NCBI GenBank assembly: GCA_050298595.1
Contig: JBNKUM010000008.1
Span: forward strand, 96,001-160,000
Length of the DNA: 64,000 bases
Source: Gammaproteobacteria bacterium
GTDB lineage: Bacteria; Pseudomonadota; Gammaproteobacteria; GCA-001735895
Direction of reading: 5' to 3'
Part shown: one piece after another, positions 55,125-64,000 of the stretch
Layout of the letters: each line of letters opens with the position of its first letter
How positions within the stretch are numbered: position 1 is the stretch's first letter
Translations under genes and position numbers: made by a program
Notes under the pieces: model-generated
Seen by the model: only the letters and a program-made list of their open reading frames with translations
Database searches by the model: none
Told to the model about the DNA's origin: nothing

Positions 55125-56675
55125 CTATCCGGCTTTTTTAGTCAAAGCCTTTTTGCATCTTCTGACTGCCTGCAACATCTGGTTTGCATCGGCATAGCGT
55201 TGATAAGGCTTTTTGGATAATGCTTTTTGCAGTATTTGCTTGATGGAATCAGGCACGGTAAGAATACTGAGATCTACCTTCTGGGTGAGTACATTTTTTT
55301 TCATCTCAGACAACTTTTCACCATAAAAGGGTTGATTGCCGGTTAATAGGTGATAAATAGTTACCGCCAGCGAAAAAAGATCTGACCGACCATCAATTCT
55401 TAATCCATTCAACTGCTCGGGGGACATATAGGCGGGGGTTCCTATGATCTTTCTCTCTTCATCTTTATGTCGAAAATCGCTATAAGCAGCACCAAAATCA
55501 GTAAGTATGTAATGTTTGAGTTTATTGTCATACATGATATTGGCTGGTTTTATATCACCATGCACAATGTTTTTTTCATGCGCTGCAGTGAGCGCATCGA
55601 GCACTGATTCCATTATGCGCAAACTCTCCCCCGAGGTAATAAATTTTTTACGCCGCAACCTTTCCGACATGGGATAACCTTCGACATAGTCCATTGCAAT
55701 AAAAGCTCGGTCATCGATGATATCGGCATCGTGAATCTTGACTATATTCGGATGATCAAGTTGAGACGCAGTCAGCGCCTCATGCAAAAAAGTCATCACA
55801 TCACGCGCACCAGTATCATCATTTAACTTATCGTTAAGAATTTTGAGTGCTATTCGTTTATGGGTATGTAAATCGTGAGCGTCATACACAGTTGCGGTCG
55901 CTCCTCGAGCCTTTTTACCCAGTAATTGATACTGGCCGAACTGTTTCGTTTTGGTTGTATCGGAGCTGTCAGTCTGGCTTACACTTTTCTCCTGTTCCAT
56001 TGAATCAATTCTTTCTACAAAGTCCTGCATCCCCGGATCAAACTTGACCAGCCAGGCATAGAGACTGCGCGCTGTCACCCAGTCCTGCTGCTCCTCTAGC
56101 TGCATACCCAGATCGTAAGCCAGCTCGAACATTTCATCTGAAAACGGGCAGTTTTTTAAGATTAACAACGCCGTCTTGAAATCCTTTTGCTGTATATACT
56201 GATTAATCACTTTCACCTGACATACCTGTTCGGGTAATACGAAATTTTTAATCTGTGGAAAACGAACCCACACAAAAAGCACCACCACGGTCAAGCTGAA
56301 CATGATTACCGACCAAACCATAGGCAACCAGATCTGCTGTAACACCGCCAGCAATACTTCGAGCATCAACATAGCAGAAATGATCGGAATTACAAAGATC
56401 AGGGTCAGATGTTTACAACTGCGCAGCAACAAGCACAGGAATACTGCGCCGAACATGAGGCATATCACTAGCCGCTGTAAAAACCAGGGATACCCCTGCT
56501 CAGTGACTGACACTTCCAGATTGAACCTGGGTGTTAAATCTATTAACTGTTGATAAAAAGCGCTTTCCAGACCGATAATAGCAGCATGAAAACTCAGTAA
56601 AATACTGAGTAACAACATACATCCTGTATAAATGAGCATCCATTTGCGTGTTTGAACATCAATCCACATGCCCAT
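55125..56675 (-). CDS. Membrane-anchored Hanks-type Ser/Thr protein kinase
   Basis: ~4 N-terminal TM helices; IALK, HPNIV, HGDIKPAN, DFG, GTPAYMSPE, DGRSDLFS. Confidence 0.9.
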   Translation of the reverse strand: MGMWIDVQTRKWMLIYTGCMLLLSILLSFHAAIIGLESAFYQQLIDLTPRFNLEVSVTEQGYPWFLQRLVICLMFGAVFLCLLLRSCKHLTLIFVIPIISAMLMLEVLLAVLQQIWLPMVWSVIMFSLTVVVLFVWVRFPQIKNFVLPEQVCQVKVINQYIQQKDFKTALLILKNCPFSDEMFELAYDLGMQLEEQQDWVTARSLYAWLVKFDPGMQDFVERIDSMEQEKSVSQTDSSDTTKTKQFGQYQLLGKKARGATATVYDAHDLHTHKRIALKILNDKLNDDTGARDVMTFLHEALTASQLDHPNIVKIHDADIIDDRAFIAMDYVEGYPMSERLRRKKFITSGESLRIMESVLDALTAAHEKNIVHGDIKPANIMYDNKLKHYILTDFGAAYSDFRHKDEERKIIGTPAYMSPEQLNGLRIDGRSDLFSLAVTIYHLLTGNQPFYGEKLSEMKKNVLTQKVDLSILTVPDSIKQILQKALSKKPYQRYADANQMLQAVRRCKKALTKKAG

Positions 56676-56702
56676 TCAATCGGTTTGTGTCATTTAATAT
56701 TT

Positions 56703-59700
56703 CTAAGCATCATAGTTAAGAACTGGCGCTAACCAACGCTCCGTGACTGACTGCCCCATACCTTTACGCTCGGCATAATCCAGTAACTGATCTTTTTCGA
56801 TTTTACCCACAGCAAAGTAATTTGCCTGCGGGTGAGCAAAGTAAAACCCTGATACCGATGCCATCGGCAGCATGGCATAAGACTCGGTGATGGTGATACC
56901 AATATTTTGATCTGGCTGAATTAACTCCCATAGCAAGGCCTTCTCAGTGTGATCTGGACAGGCTGGATAACCCGGTGCTGGACGTATGCCCTGATACGAT
57001 TCCCTGATCAGCTCACTGTTTTGCAGATTTTCATCGTTGGCATAACCCCAGGCCTGCTTGCGTATCTTTTCATGCAGCCATTCGGCAGCCGCTTCGGCAA
57101 GACGATCAGCCAGCGCTTTTGCCATGATAGCATTGTAATCATCGTGCTGAGCTTCAAATTGCTCTACGATTTTTTCCAGACCGATGCCTGCAGTAACTGC
57201 AAAAGCCCCCAGGTAATCCGGTAATCCAGTAGACTCGGGGGCAATAAAATCTGACAAACACTGGTTTGCTTTACCAGGAGGCTTCTGGTTTTGCTGACGC
57301 AGATGATGCAGCACCATTAACTCTTCACTACGCTGCTCGGACTGATAAAGCACAATATCATCATCTCTGCTATTCGCAGGGAAAAATCCATACACAGCTT
57401 TGGCGCCCAGCTGTCCCTGATCGACAATACTCGATAATTGAACCTGCGCATCTTCAAATAATTGCTGAGCTTCTTTGCCAACAATCTCATCCTGCAAAAT
57501 TTTCGGATAGCTACCCGCCAGCTCCCAGGCATGGAAAAAAGGCGTCCAGTCAATATACTCAACCAGTTCATGCAGATCTATTTCATCAATCACTGACACC
57601 CCTGTTGAAGCAGGCTTTGGTGGCTGGTAACCACTCCAGTCTATAGGCGTACGATTTTCACGTGCCTGTGCCAGGGTGAGGAATTTCTTATTAGATTGCC
57701 TGCCGGCATGCAGTTCGCGCACCTGTACATATTCATCACGAATACCTTTTCTAAAATCATCACCCTGATTATCACTCAGCAGCGCTGATGCCACACCGAC
57801 CGCACGCGATGCATCTTTTACATACACCACGCTATCGGCATCATAATGCGGTTCAATCTTCACCGCCGTATGAACTCGGGAGGTAGTCGCCCCCCCTATC
57901 ATCAGAGGAATACTAAAACCTTGACGTTTCATCTCTTTAGCAACATGCACCATCTCATCCAGCGACGGAGTGATCAGGCCTGAAAGCCCTATGATATCGA
58001 CGTTTTGTTCGCGCGCAGTTTTTAAGATGGTTTCTGCAGGCACCATGACACCAAGATCGATAATTTCATAATTGTTACACTGCAGTACAACGCCGACGAT
58101 ATTCTTACCGATATCGTGCACATCGCCTTTAACCGTCGCCATCAGTATCTTGCCATTGGTAGACAGATCATCACTGCTTTTCTCAGCTTCCAGATAAGGC
58201 ATCAAATACGCCACTGCCTGCTTCATGACACGCGCAGATTTAACCACCTGAGGCAGGAACATCTTACCATCGCCAAATAGATCACCCACTACATTCATAC
58301 CATCCATCAAAGGACCTTCAATCACATTCAATGAAGCAGGATAATGCTGACGTGCCTCTTCCGTATCAACCTCGATAAATTCGGTTATACCCTTAACCAG
58401 TGCATGCTCCAGACGTTTGTTGATATCCAGACTACGCCACGCCTGATCTTCCTTGTTTTCCAGCGCCTTGCCATCACCCCGGTATTTTTCGGCAATATCC
58501 AGCAATGCCTCAGTCGCTTCGGGATTGCGGTTAAGCACGACATCCTCTACCCGTTGCTTTAATTCTTCGGGTATATCGGAATAGATGGCCAGCTGACCGG
58601 CATTGACTATACCCATATCCATACCCTGCTGAATCGCATGATATAAAAACACCGCATGGATCGCTTCGCGAACCGGGTTATTGCCTCTGAAGGAGAATGA
58701 GACATTTGATAACCCCCCACTGACCAGGGCATGGGGCAGGTTCTGCTTAATGAATTTTGTGGCCTCAAAAAAATCGACGGCGTAGTTATTGTGCTCATCT
58801 ATGCCCGTTGCAATCGCAAAGATATTGGGGTCGAAAATAATATCTTCAGGAGGAAAACCTAACTGTTCGGTTAATATCTGATAGGCGCGTTGGCAGATTT
58901 CAATCTTACGTGCCGCCGTATCAGCCTGCCCATGTTCGTCGAAAGCCATAACGATAGCCGCTGCACCATAACGTCGAACCAGACGCGCCTGCTGGATAAA
59001 CTTCTCTTCACCCTCCTTAAGACTGATCGAATTCACTACACCCTTGCCCTGGATGCATTGCAACCCGGCTTCGATGATGTCCCATTTGGATGAATCCAGC
59101 ATGATCGGAACACGAGAAATATCAGGTTCACTGGCGATCAGATTCAGAAAGCGCACCATCGCCTCTTTCGACTCCAGCAGACCTTCATCCATATTGATAT
59201 CGATAATCTGCGCGCCGTTTTCTACCTGTTGCCTGGCTACATCCAGTGCAGTTTCGTAATCGCCTTCCATGATCAGGCGTTTAAACATGGCAGAGCCAGT
59301 AACGTTAGTTCGTTCGCCAACATTCACAAACAGACTGTCGGCGGAAATGGTACAGGGCTCTAATCCAGCCAACTGACAACTGACAGGTAACTCAGGAATT
59401 TTACGTGGCGCGAGGCCTGAGACCTTTTGCACTATAGCCCTGATATGATCGGGGCTGGTACCACAGCATCCACCCACAATATTCAGAAATCCATTCTCCG
59501 CCCATTCGACGATTTCACCCGCAACATCTTCAGGAGTTTCATCGTATTCACCGAATTCATTGGGCAACCCGGCATTGGGGTGAGCTGACACATGCGTATC
59601 CGCAATATTCGACAAGGTTTCTACATATTGGCGTAATTCCTTCGGCCCTAGCGCGCAGTTAAGCCCGATAGATACAGGCTCTGCATGGCGCAGGCTATTG

Positions 59701-60398
59701 TAAAAGGCTTCGGTGGTTTGCCCGGACAGGGTGCGACCGGATGCATCAGTAATCGTGCCCGAGATCATGATAGGCAGTTCTTTCTCGCGCTGATCAAATA
59801 CCTGTTTAACAGCAAAAATTGCGGCCTTGGCATTCAAGGTGTCGAAGATGGTTTCGATCAGGATGATATCGGACCCACCATCGATCAAACCTTCAGTTGC
59901 TTCGCTGTATATCTCTACCAACTCATTAAAGCTGGTATTGCGATAACCGGGATCATTCACATCAGGTGATAAAGAAGCTGTACGACTGGTTGGCCCCAGT
60001 ACACCGGCTACAAAACGGGGCTTAGCTGGGTTCTGCCGGGTAAAGTCATCGCAGATTGCTCGCGCAATCTCACTGGATGTTTTATTGATTTCGTATGCCA
60101 GATCCTGCATCGAATAATCCGACATGGAAATTCGGTTGGCATTGAAGGTATTGGTTTCGATGATATCCGCACCAGCTTGCAGATAGGCTTTATGGATATC
60201 ACTGATAATCTGTGGCTGAGTCAACGACAAAAGGTCATTATTGCCCTTGAGCGGGCTTTCCCAGTCAGCAAAACGTTGTCCTCGATAATCTGACTCTTCC
60301 AGCTCATAAGATTGAATCATGGTGCCCATAGCACCATCGAGAAATAAGATTCGCTGCTTCAGGGCATCTAGAAAAACTTGCGGGTCAGAGGAACTCAC
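56703..60398 (-). CDS. metH: B12-dependent methionine synthase
   Basis: [40 protein letters not shown]; GTG start. Confidence 0.98.
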   Translation of the reverse strand: MSSSDPQVFLDALKQRILFLDGAMGTMIQSYELEESDYRGQRFADWESPLKGNNDLLSLTQPQIISDIHKAYLQAGADIIETNTFNANRISMSDYSMQDLAYEINKTSSEIARAICDDFTRQNPAKPRFVAGVLGPTSRTASLSPDVNDPGYRNTSFNELVEIYSEATEGLIDGGSDIILIETIFDTLNAKAAIFAVKQVFDQREKELPIMISGTITDASGRTLSGQTTEAFYNSLRHAEPVSIGLNCALGPKELRQYVETLSNIADTHVSAHPNAGLPNEFGEYDETPEDVAGEIVEWAENGFLNIVGGCCGTSPDHIRAIVQKVSGLAPRKIPELPVSCQLAGLEPCTISADSLFVNVGERTNVTGSAMFKRLIMEGDYETALDVARQQVENGAQIIDINMDEGLLESKEAMVRFLNLIASEPDISRVPIMLDSSKWDIIEAGLQCIQGKGVVNSISLKEGEEKFIQQARLVRRYGAAAIVMAFDEHGQADTAARKIEICQRAYQILTEQLGFPPEDIIFDPNIFAIATGIDEHNNYAVDFFEATKFIKQNLPHALVSGGLSNVSFSFRGNNPVREAIHAVFLYHAIQQGMDMGIVNAGQLAIYSDIPEELKQRVEDVVLNRNPEATEALLDIAEKYRGDGKALENKEDQAWRSLDINKRLEHALVKGITEFIEVDTEEARQHYPASLNVIEGPLMDGMNVVGDLFGDGKMFLPQVVKSARVMKQAVAYLMPYLEAEKSSDDLSTNGKILMATVKGDVHDIGKNIVGVVLQCNNYEIIDLGVMVPAETILKTAREQNVDIIGLSGLITPSLDEMVHVAKEMKRQGFSIPLMIGGATTSRVHTAVKIEPHYDADSVVYVKDASRAVGVASALLSDNQGDDFRKGIRDEYVQVRELHAGRQSNKKFLTLAQARENRTPIDWSGYQPPKPASTGVSVIDEIDLHELVEYIDWTPFFHAWELAGSYPKILQDEIVGKEAQQLFEDAQVQLSSIVDQGQLGAKAVYGFFPANSRDDDIVLYQSEQRSEELMVLHHLRQQNQKPPGKANQCLSDFIAPESTGLPDYLGAFAVTAGIGLEKIVEQFEAQHDDYNAIMAKALADRLAEAAAEWLHEKIRKQAWGYANDENLQNSELIRESYQGIRPAPGYPACPDHTEKALLWELIQPDQNIGITITESYAMLPMASVSGFYFAHPQANYFAVGKIEKDQLLDYAERKGMGQSVTERWLAPVLNYDA

Positions 60399-60505
60399 TT
60401 AAATTACCAGTTTAAAATGGACGCACATTCTACACAATGAAGCGTTAACTCCCAATCACTGTCTGCTAAACTTGACCACTAATATTTTTTATCCGAAGAA
60501 AAGCC

Positions 60506-61063
60506 ATGGGAAATCGACTTAGCTCTATAATTACACGAACGGGTGATGACGGCAGCACAATGCTGGGGGATGGCAGCCGATTGTTAAAAAACGATATTCG
60601 CATTCAATGTCTGGGTGAAACTGATGAATTGAATTCATTATTGGGCTTATTGAGAAGCCTGATCGATGACGTCGACATTTCTCAGATACTATTCCAGATT
60701 CAACATGATTTATTTGATATCGGTGCCGAGCTTAGCCAGCCAGCAAAGTCGTTGATTACTCAGGAATACGTTGAGTTCCTGGATCATAAAGCACAGTCTT
60801 ATAATGAAAAACTACCAGCTCTTAAAGAGTTCATTTTGCCAGGAGGCAGCAGCGCTATTGCCTACCTACACCTCGCCAGAACACTATGTCGCCGTGCTGA
60901 ACGTAGCCTGGTCACTCTAGATCAACAGCAGGCTGTTAATCCGCAAAGCCTGCATTATATGAACAGGCTTTCCGATTTATTGTTTATCCTGGCGAGATAT
61001 TGCGCGCTTCAGGATGGGCAGGAAGAAATCTACTGGCAGTCCAAATTTTCCAGACAGAGTTGA
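60506..61063 (+). CDS. PduO-type cob(I)alamin adenosyltransferase
   Basis: TRTGDDG.T, DELNS, FILPGG, RT.CRRAER, NRLSD.LF.LAR. Confidence 0.92.
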   Translation: MGNRLSSIITRTGDDGSTMLGDGSRLLKNDIRIQCLGETDELNSLLGLLRSLIDDVDISQILFQIQHDLFDIGAELSQPAKSLITQEYVEFLDHKAQSYNEKLPALKEFILPGGSSAIAYLHLARTLCRRAERSLVTLDQQQAVNPQSLHYMNRLSDLLFILARYCALQDGQEEIYWQSKFSRQS

Positions 61064-61095
61064 TTGCAGCAATAACCAGCTTTGCAGAATATAGC

Positions 61096-61533
61096 TTAAC
61101 CGTGGCTTCGTTGATACTGCCCCATCATCCAGCCAAGAAACGCTGTCAGGGTTTGCTTCTGCTTACGGTCACAGTCTTTTTGCATCGCTTCAAGCCGGCT
61201 TCGGGTTTCCATTAATAAGCTTTCGTATTCACGAACCTTTTGCTGAGACTCCTGTAATTTCATCTGAAGTCTATTCACCTGATCGGCCATCACTCTTTCA
61301 GAAGGAATAGAATCAGCCTGAATCTTGAAAATAGCATTGTGCTGAATGCGCTCTACACGATCCAGTTCCTTTTCATTTTCAAGCCTGACCTGTGGATAGA
61401 ACTTGAGCAGTGAATTTACACTCACATCACCTTCAAAAACTTCAAGATTACCCGCTTTGATTTCCTGCTGGATCTGCCTTCTGCTGATGCCGGCCATTTT
61501 GGCTGCGGTCGAAATGTTTAAATGGTGTTGCAT
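61096..61533 (-). CDS. Hypothetical protein: N-terminal excisionase/MerR-like HTH plus coiled coil
   Basis: LNISTAAKMAGISRRQIQQEIKAGNL is a typical HTH_17-like pattern; heptad-rich C-terminal half; GAGGA RBS. Confidence 0.75.
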   Translation of the reverse strand: MQHHLNISTAAKMAGISRRQIQQEIKAGNLEVFEGDVSVNSLLKFYPQVRLENEKELDRVERIQHNAIFKIQADSIPSERVMADQVNRLQMKLQESQQKVREYESLLMETRSRLEAMQKDCDRKQKQTLTAFLGWMMGQYQRSHG

Positions 61534-61619
61534 GATGTCCTCTTGGTTGTTTACAAGAAAACTTATACCTAATTCGGACAGGCATTACAATAGAAATATA
61601 TCACTAATGGGATATACGG

Positions 61620-62024
61620 TTAGACCGATGAGCCAGAGGTATGCCAGGCAAAAGAGCAATCTAGTTGTGAACGTACCTGTATAAGTCCGGCCAGCCCCTT
61701 ATTGATCATGACACTGATAGGAGGTTCGTTATTGAATCTTTTATGCGGCTGCTTCATCCATCTTGCACACATTTCTACATTGCGAGGATAAGAGGTTCTC
61801 AGGGCATCAGCTATACCCAGAAGATGTTCCAGGTGTTGATTAATCAGCTCGGTATCCGGTAAAGGCTCATCCTGACGATAGCGTTCCAGCTTGCGGGTAC
61901 GCATGTCTTCGGGCAAACCAAGCAGGATGATTTTCTGCTCACCATTGGTACCCCAGCTATCGAGCAGCTGCATGATGTGATTGCTTAATAAGACACGCTG
62001 ATCTTTGCTGCCGGTTAATCTCAT
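61620..62024 (-). CDS. Xre/MbcA/ParS-like (DUF2384) antitoxin-domain protein
   Basis: LLDSWG....ILLG N-terminus; EHLLGI..AL, WMKQPHKRFNNEPP..M...GL..L..VR..LD C-terminal toxin-binding-domain pattern. Confidence 0.7.
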   Translation of the reverse strand: MRLTGSKDQRVLLSNHIMQLLDSWGTNGEQKIILLGLPEDMRTRKLERYRQDEPLPDTELINQHLEHLLGIADALRTSYPRNVEMCARWMKQPHKRFNNEPPISVMINKGLAGLIQVRSQLDCSFAWHTSGSSV

Positions 62025-62101
62025 GCCACCCCCGGGGAAGTAATAATTGATGGCTTAGTATAGATTCAGCTTAGCTGCGAATACCCAGCTTAAAGATAAG
62101 G

Positions 62102-62428
62102 TTAATCATCTTCCAGATTAAAATATCCGCGTTGTAATGCGTGTTTGAGCTGATCGAAGCCTTCGATTGCCTCCAGATAGGCATTGCGCCATTTTTTTGC
62201 TTCTTCGCAGAGTTGAATATCAAGATTCGATTCATCAGCATGCGCCATCTGCAGCACATACTTCAGATATCTTGCACGTAAAACAGCTATGGATTGCGCC
62301 AAATGCAGAAAATCTGACTTCTTGATGTTACCAGCAATTTTAGTAATTGTACTTGAATTCATTAACGAGATTTGATGCTCAAATTGTTGCATCAAACGAC
62401 GTATCTCTGTTTCATTTTCGCCAGCCAT
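62102..62428 (-). CDS. Hypothetical all-helical protein
   Basis: 108 aa, GGGGA RBS, A..RARYL and AL.RGY patterns; no family recognised. Confidence 0.7.
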   Translation of the reverse strand: MAGENETEIRRLMQQFEHQISLMNSSTITKIAGNIKKSDFLHLAQSIAVLRARYLKYVLQMAHADESNLDIQLCEEAKKWRNAYLEAIEGFDQLKHALQRGYFNLEDD

Positions 62429-62513
62429 TAGGTTCCCCCTGATCCATCCTTTAACTTAAGATAGTTATAGACAAGAAATATACAGTTGTCAGCGATCAGA
62501 TGAAACAATTTTA

Positions 62514-63383
62514 TCAACGATATAAAGTCACACTGACCCGCCGGTTAAGTGCCCTGGATTGATCATCCTTCCCTTTTACCAGGGGCTGGTTTTCGCCATA
62601 AAATTCTACATGTAGCATTCGTGGATCAATATCACTCTGCACCAGATAATCATAAACGTACCAGGCACGCCGCGCTGAGAGCGAATCGTTGTAGCATTGG
62701 CTTCCTTTAAAATCTGCATGCCCAGTTATCTTCACTGTTTTAACTGTAGGATCCACTTTTAGATAAGCCAGTATTTTCGAAAGCGCCCTTTCCTCTTCTT
62801 CCTCCAGCGGAAATTCATCGTCAAACTCAAAATGTACTAGAGCGCGCTTTATATCTTCGAAATTATAGGGGTGTAGCTGACTTATACATTCTCCAAAATC
62901 AGCCTCAACATCACGAAACCTCACGGTAGAGAGAATAACCGAAACCGAGTTGAAACCATCTTCATCATCAATAAAAAACAGACTGGGCTGCTTTCCTTGC
63001 TGCAGCTCAAAATAGGCATATCGCGCCGTACTGGAGTTAATATCAACTACTGGATCGCTTAATCCAGATGTTTTAAGGTCAGCCAGGGTTGACTGAGTCT
63101 GTATGCCTTTCCAGTTAGCGGTTACTGATTGAAAAGCGACAGCCATATCTTTTTTATAGTTATGCTTCGATACAAACTTCAATTTCAGCGGGCGCCCACT
63201 CTCCTGATAGAACAGCGCTTTACCAAAGCGTGGGATGATATGCTCTATCTCACAACGCGTAGGGGTATTTACCGATAGCGTCCATCGTGACTTTTCCATA
63301 GGAGACATATAGATACGGTCGGGAGCCGCCTGTACAGCGGGACCCCACATAACTATCAGGCAAATAAGAATCAAATAGCGCAT
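62514..63383 (-). CDS. MotY-like protein (MotY N-domain plus OmpA-like peptidoglycan-binding domain)
   Basis: Signal peptide from ATG 63383 (track starts at 63422); W...TP.RCEIEH.IPRFG.A.F, second Cys in ECISQL.PY.FEDI; GHAD, N..LS.RRA, NRRV. Confidence 0.75.
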   Translation of the reverse strand: MRYLILICLIVMWGPAVQAAPDRIYMSPMEKSRWTLSVNTPTRCEIEHIIPRFGKALFYQESGRPLKLKFVSKHNYKKDMAVAFQSVTANWKGIQTQSTLADLKTSGLSDPVVDINSSTARYAYFELQQGKQPSLFFIDDEDGFNSVSVILSTVRFRDVEADFGECISQLHPYNFEDIKRALVHFEFDDEFPLEEEEERALSKILAYLKVDPTVKTVKITGHADFKGSQCYNDSLSARRAWYVYDYLVQSDIDPRMLHVEFYGENQPLVKGKDDQSRALNRRVSVTLYR

Positions 63384-63442
63384 AACGGGCAAAATTGAAG
63401 ACATACCTCCTGTATCGTTCAAAACAGCAAAAGCTTGAGCAA

Positions 63443-64000
63443 TTATTTGTTTTCGGTTAGAAAATCATTGGCCTCATCATAAAACATTTGTGGCTGCTCA
63501 GCATGTAGCCAGTGACCCGCATTTTCAATACATCTAAATGAGGCCCGACTAAAATGGTTTGGAATCAGTTCTCTGACTTCAGTATTCAGGTAATTAGACT
63601 GGCCGCCGTAGATAAACAGTGTGGGCGTTTCGATATACCAGTCGCTGATATCATCAAAACCGATAATTTGGGAGATATTGTCTTTTAGCGCCTTCCAGTT
63701 GAGTTTCCATTTCAATCCATTTTCAGCAACCACCAGATTCTGCAGCAGGAACATGCGAATTCTGGAATCAGGAATACTATCAGTTAATTCAGTATCAGCC
63801 TGCTTTCGATTTCTAAGCGATGCCAGATCCAGACTCAATACTGCGTCAATTAAGTCATTATAATCATGTCGATAAGTCACGGGGCCAATATCAGCTACCA
63901 CGAGCTGGTTAATCCTGGCTGGTTCGAGCTGGCCAAGCTTCATCGCAACCTTACCCCCCATGCTATGCCCGATTACCGACGTATGAGATATCTGTAACTG
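63443..64000 (-). CDS. Alpha/beta hydrolase, YbfF-like esterase (5' end outside the window)
   Basis: Frame open to the window edge; GHSMGGKVAM nucleophile elbow, DIGP, FLLQNL, AGHWLHAE. Confidence 0.88.
   Translation of the reverse strand, partial: QLQISHTSVIGHSMGGKVAMKLGQLEPARINQLVVADIGPVTYRHDYNDLIDAVLSLDLASLRNRKQADTELTDSIPDSRIRMFLLQNLVVAENGLKWKLNWKALKDNISQIIGFDDISDWYIETPTLFIYGGQSNYLNTEVRELIPNHFSRASFRCIENAGHWLHAEQPQMFYDEANDFLTENK

Noticed and set aside
60399-60505. Cobalamin or SAM riboswitch before metH/pduO
   Set aside because: Region too short; no B12-box or SAM core motifs

Overview
Mostly core chromosome of a gammaproteobacterium, roughly mid-40s % GC by eye. The 14-gene nuo operon with separate nuoC/nuoD and the overall synteny suggest a Chromatiales/Thiotrichales-like lineage (inference). 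The central ~36 kb on the minus strand is the conserved backbone carAB-greA, (yhbY), rlmE-ftsH-folP-glmM-tpiA-secG-tRNA-Leu-nuoA..N-mscS-tRNA-fMet-rimP-nusA-infB-rbfA-truB-rpsO-pnp. The left flank holds a lipoprotein, a TRAP transporter with a sigma-54 DctD-type activator whose DctB-type kinase lies 6.6 kb away, a YbjQ-YbjQ-M48 protease module, modE-modABC with a clear ModE box, and a divergent deacetylase/acetyltransferase (HDAC/Pat) pair. The right flank holds a membrane Ser/Thr kinase, metH divergent from a PduO-type adenosyltransferase, three small uncharacterised genes (HTH-coiled coil, toxin-less Xre/MbcA-like, helical hypothetical), a MotY-like OmpA protein and a truncated YbfF-like esterase. 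Non-coding highlights are two copies of a structured MITE-like element (17952-18115, 54842-55087), a duplicated tRNA-Leu 3' end whose T-loop is interrupted by a 76-bp multi-hairpin insert, and a leader-peptide/terminator attenuator upstream of carA. No CRISPR array, transposase, integrase or prophage was seen. All calls come from motif recognition only; no searches were run.
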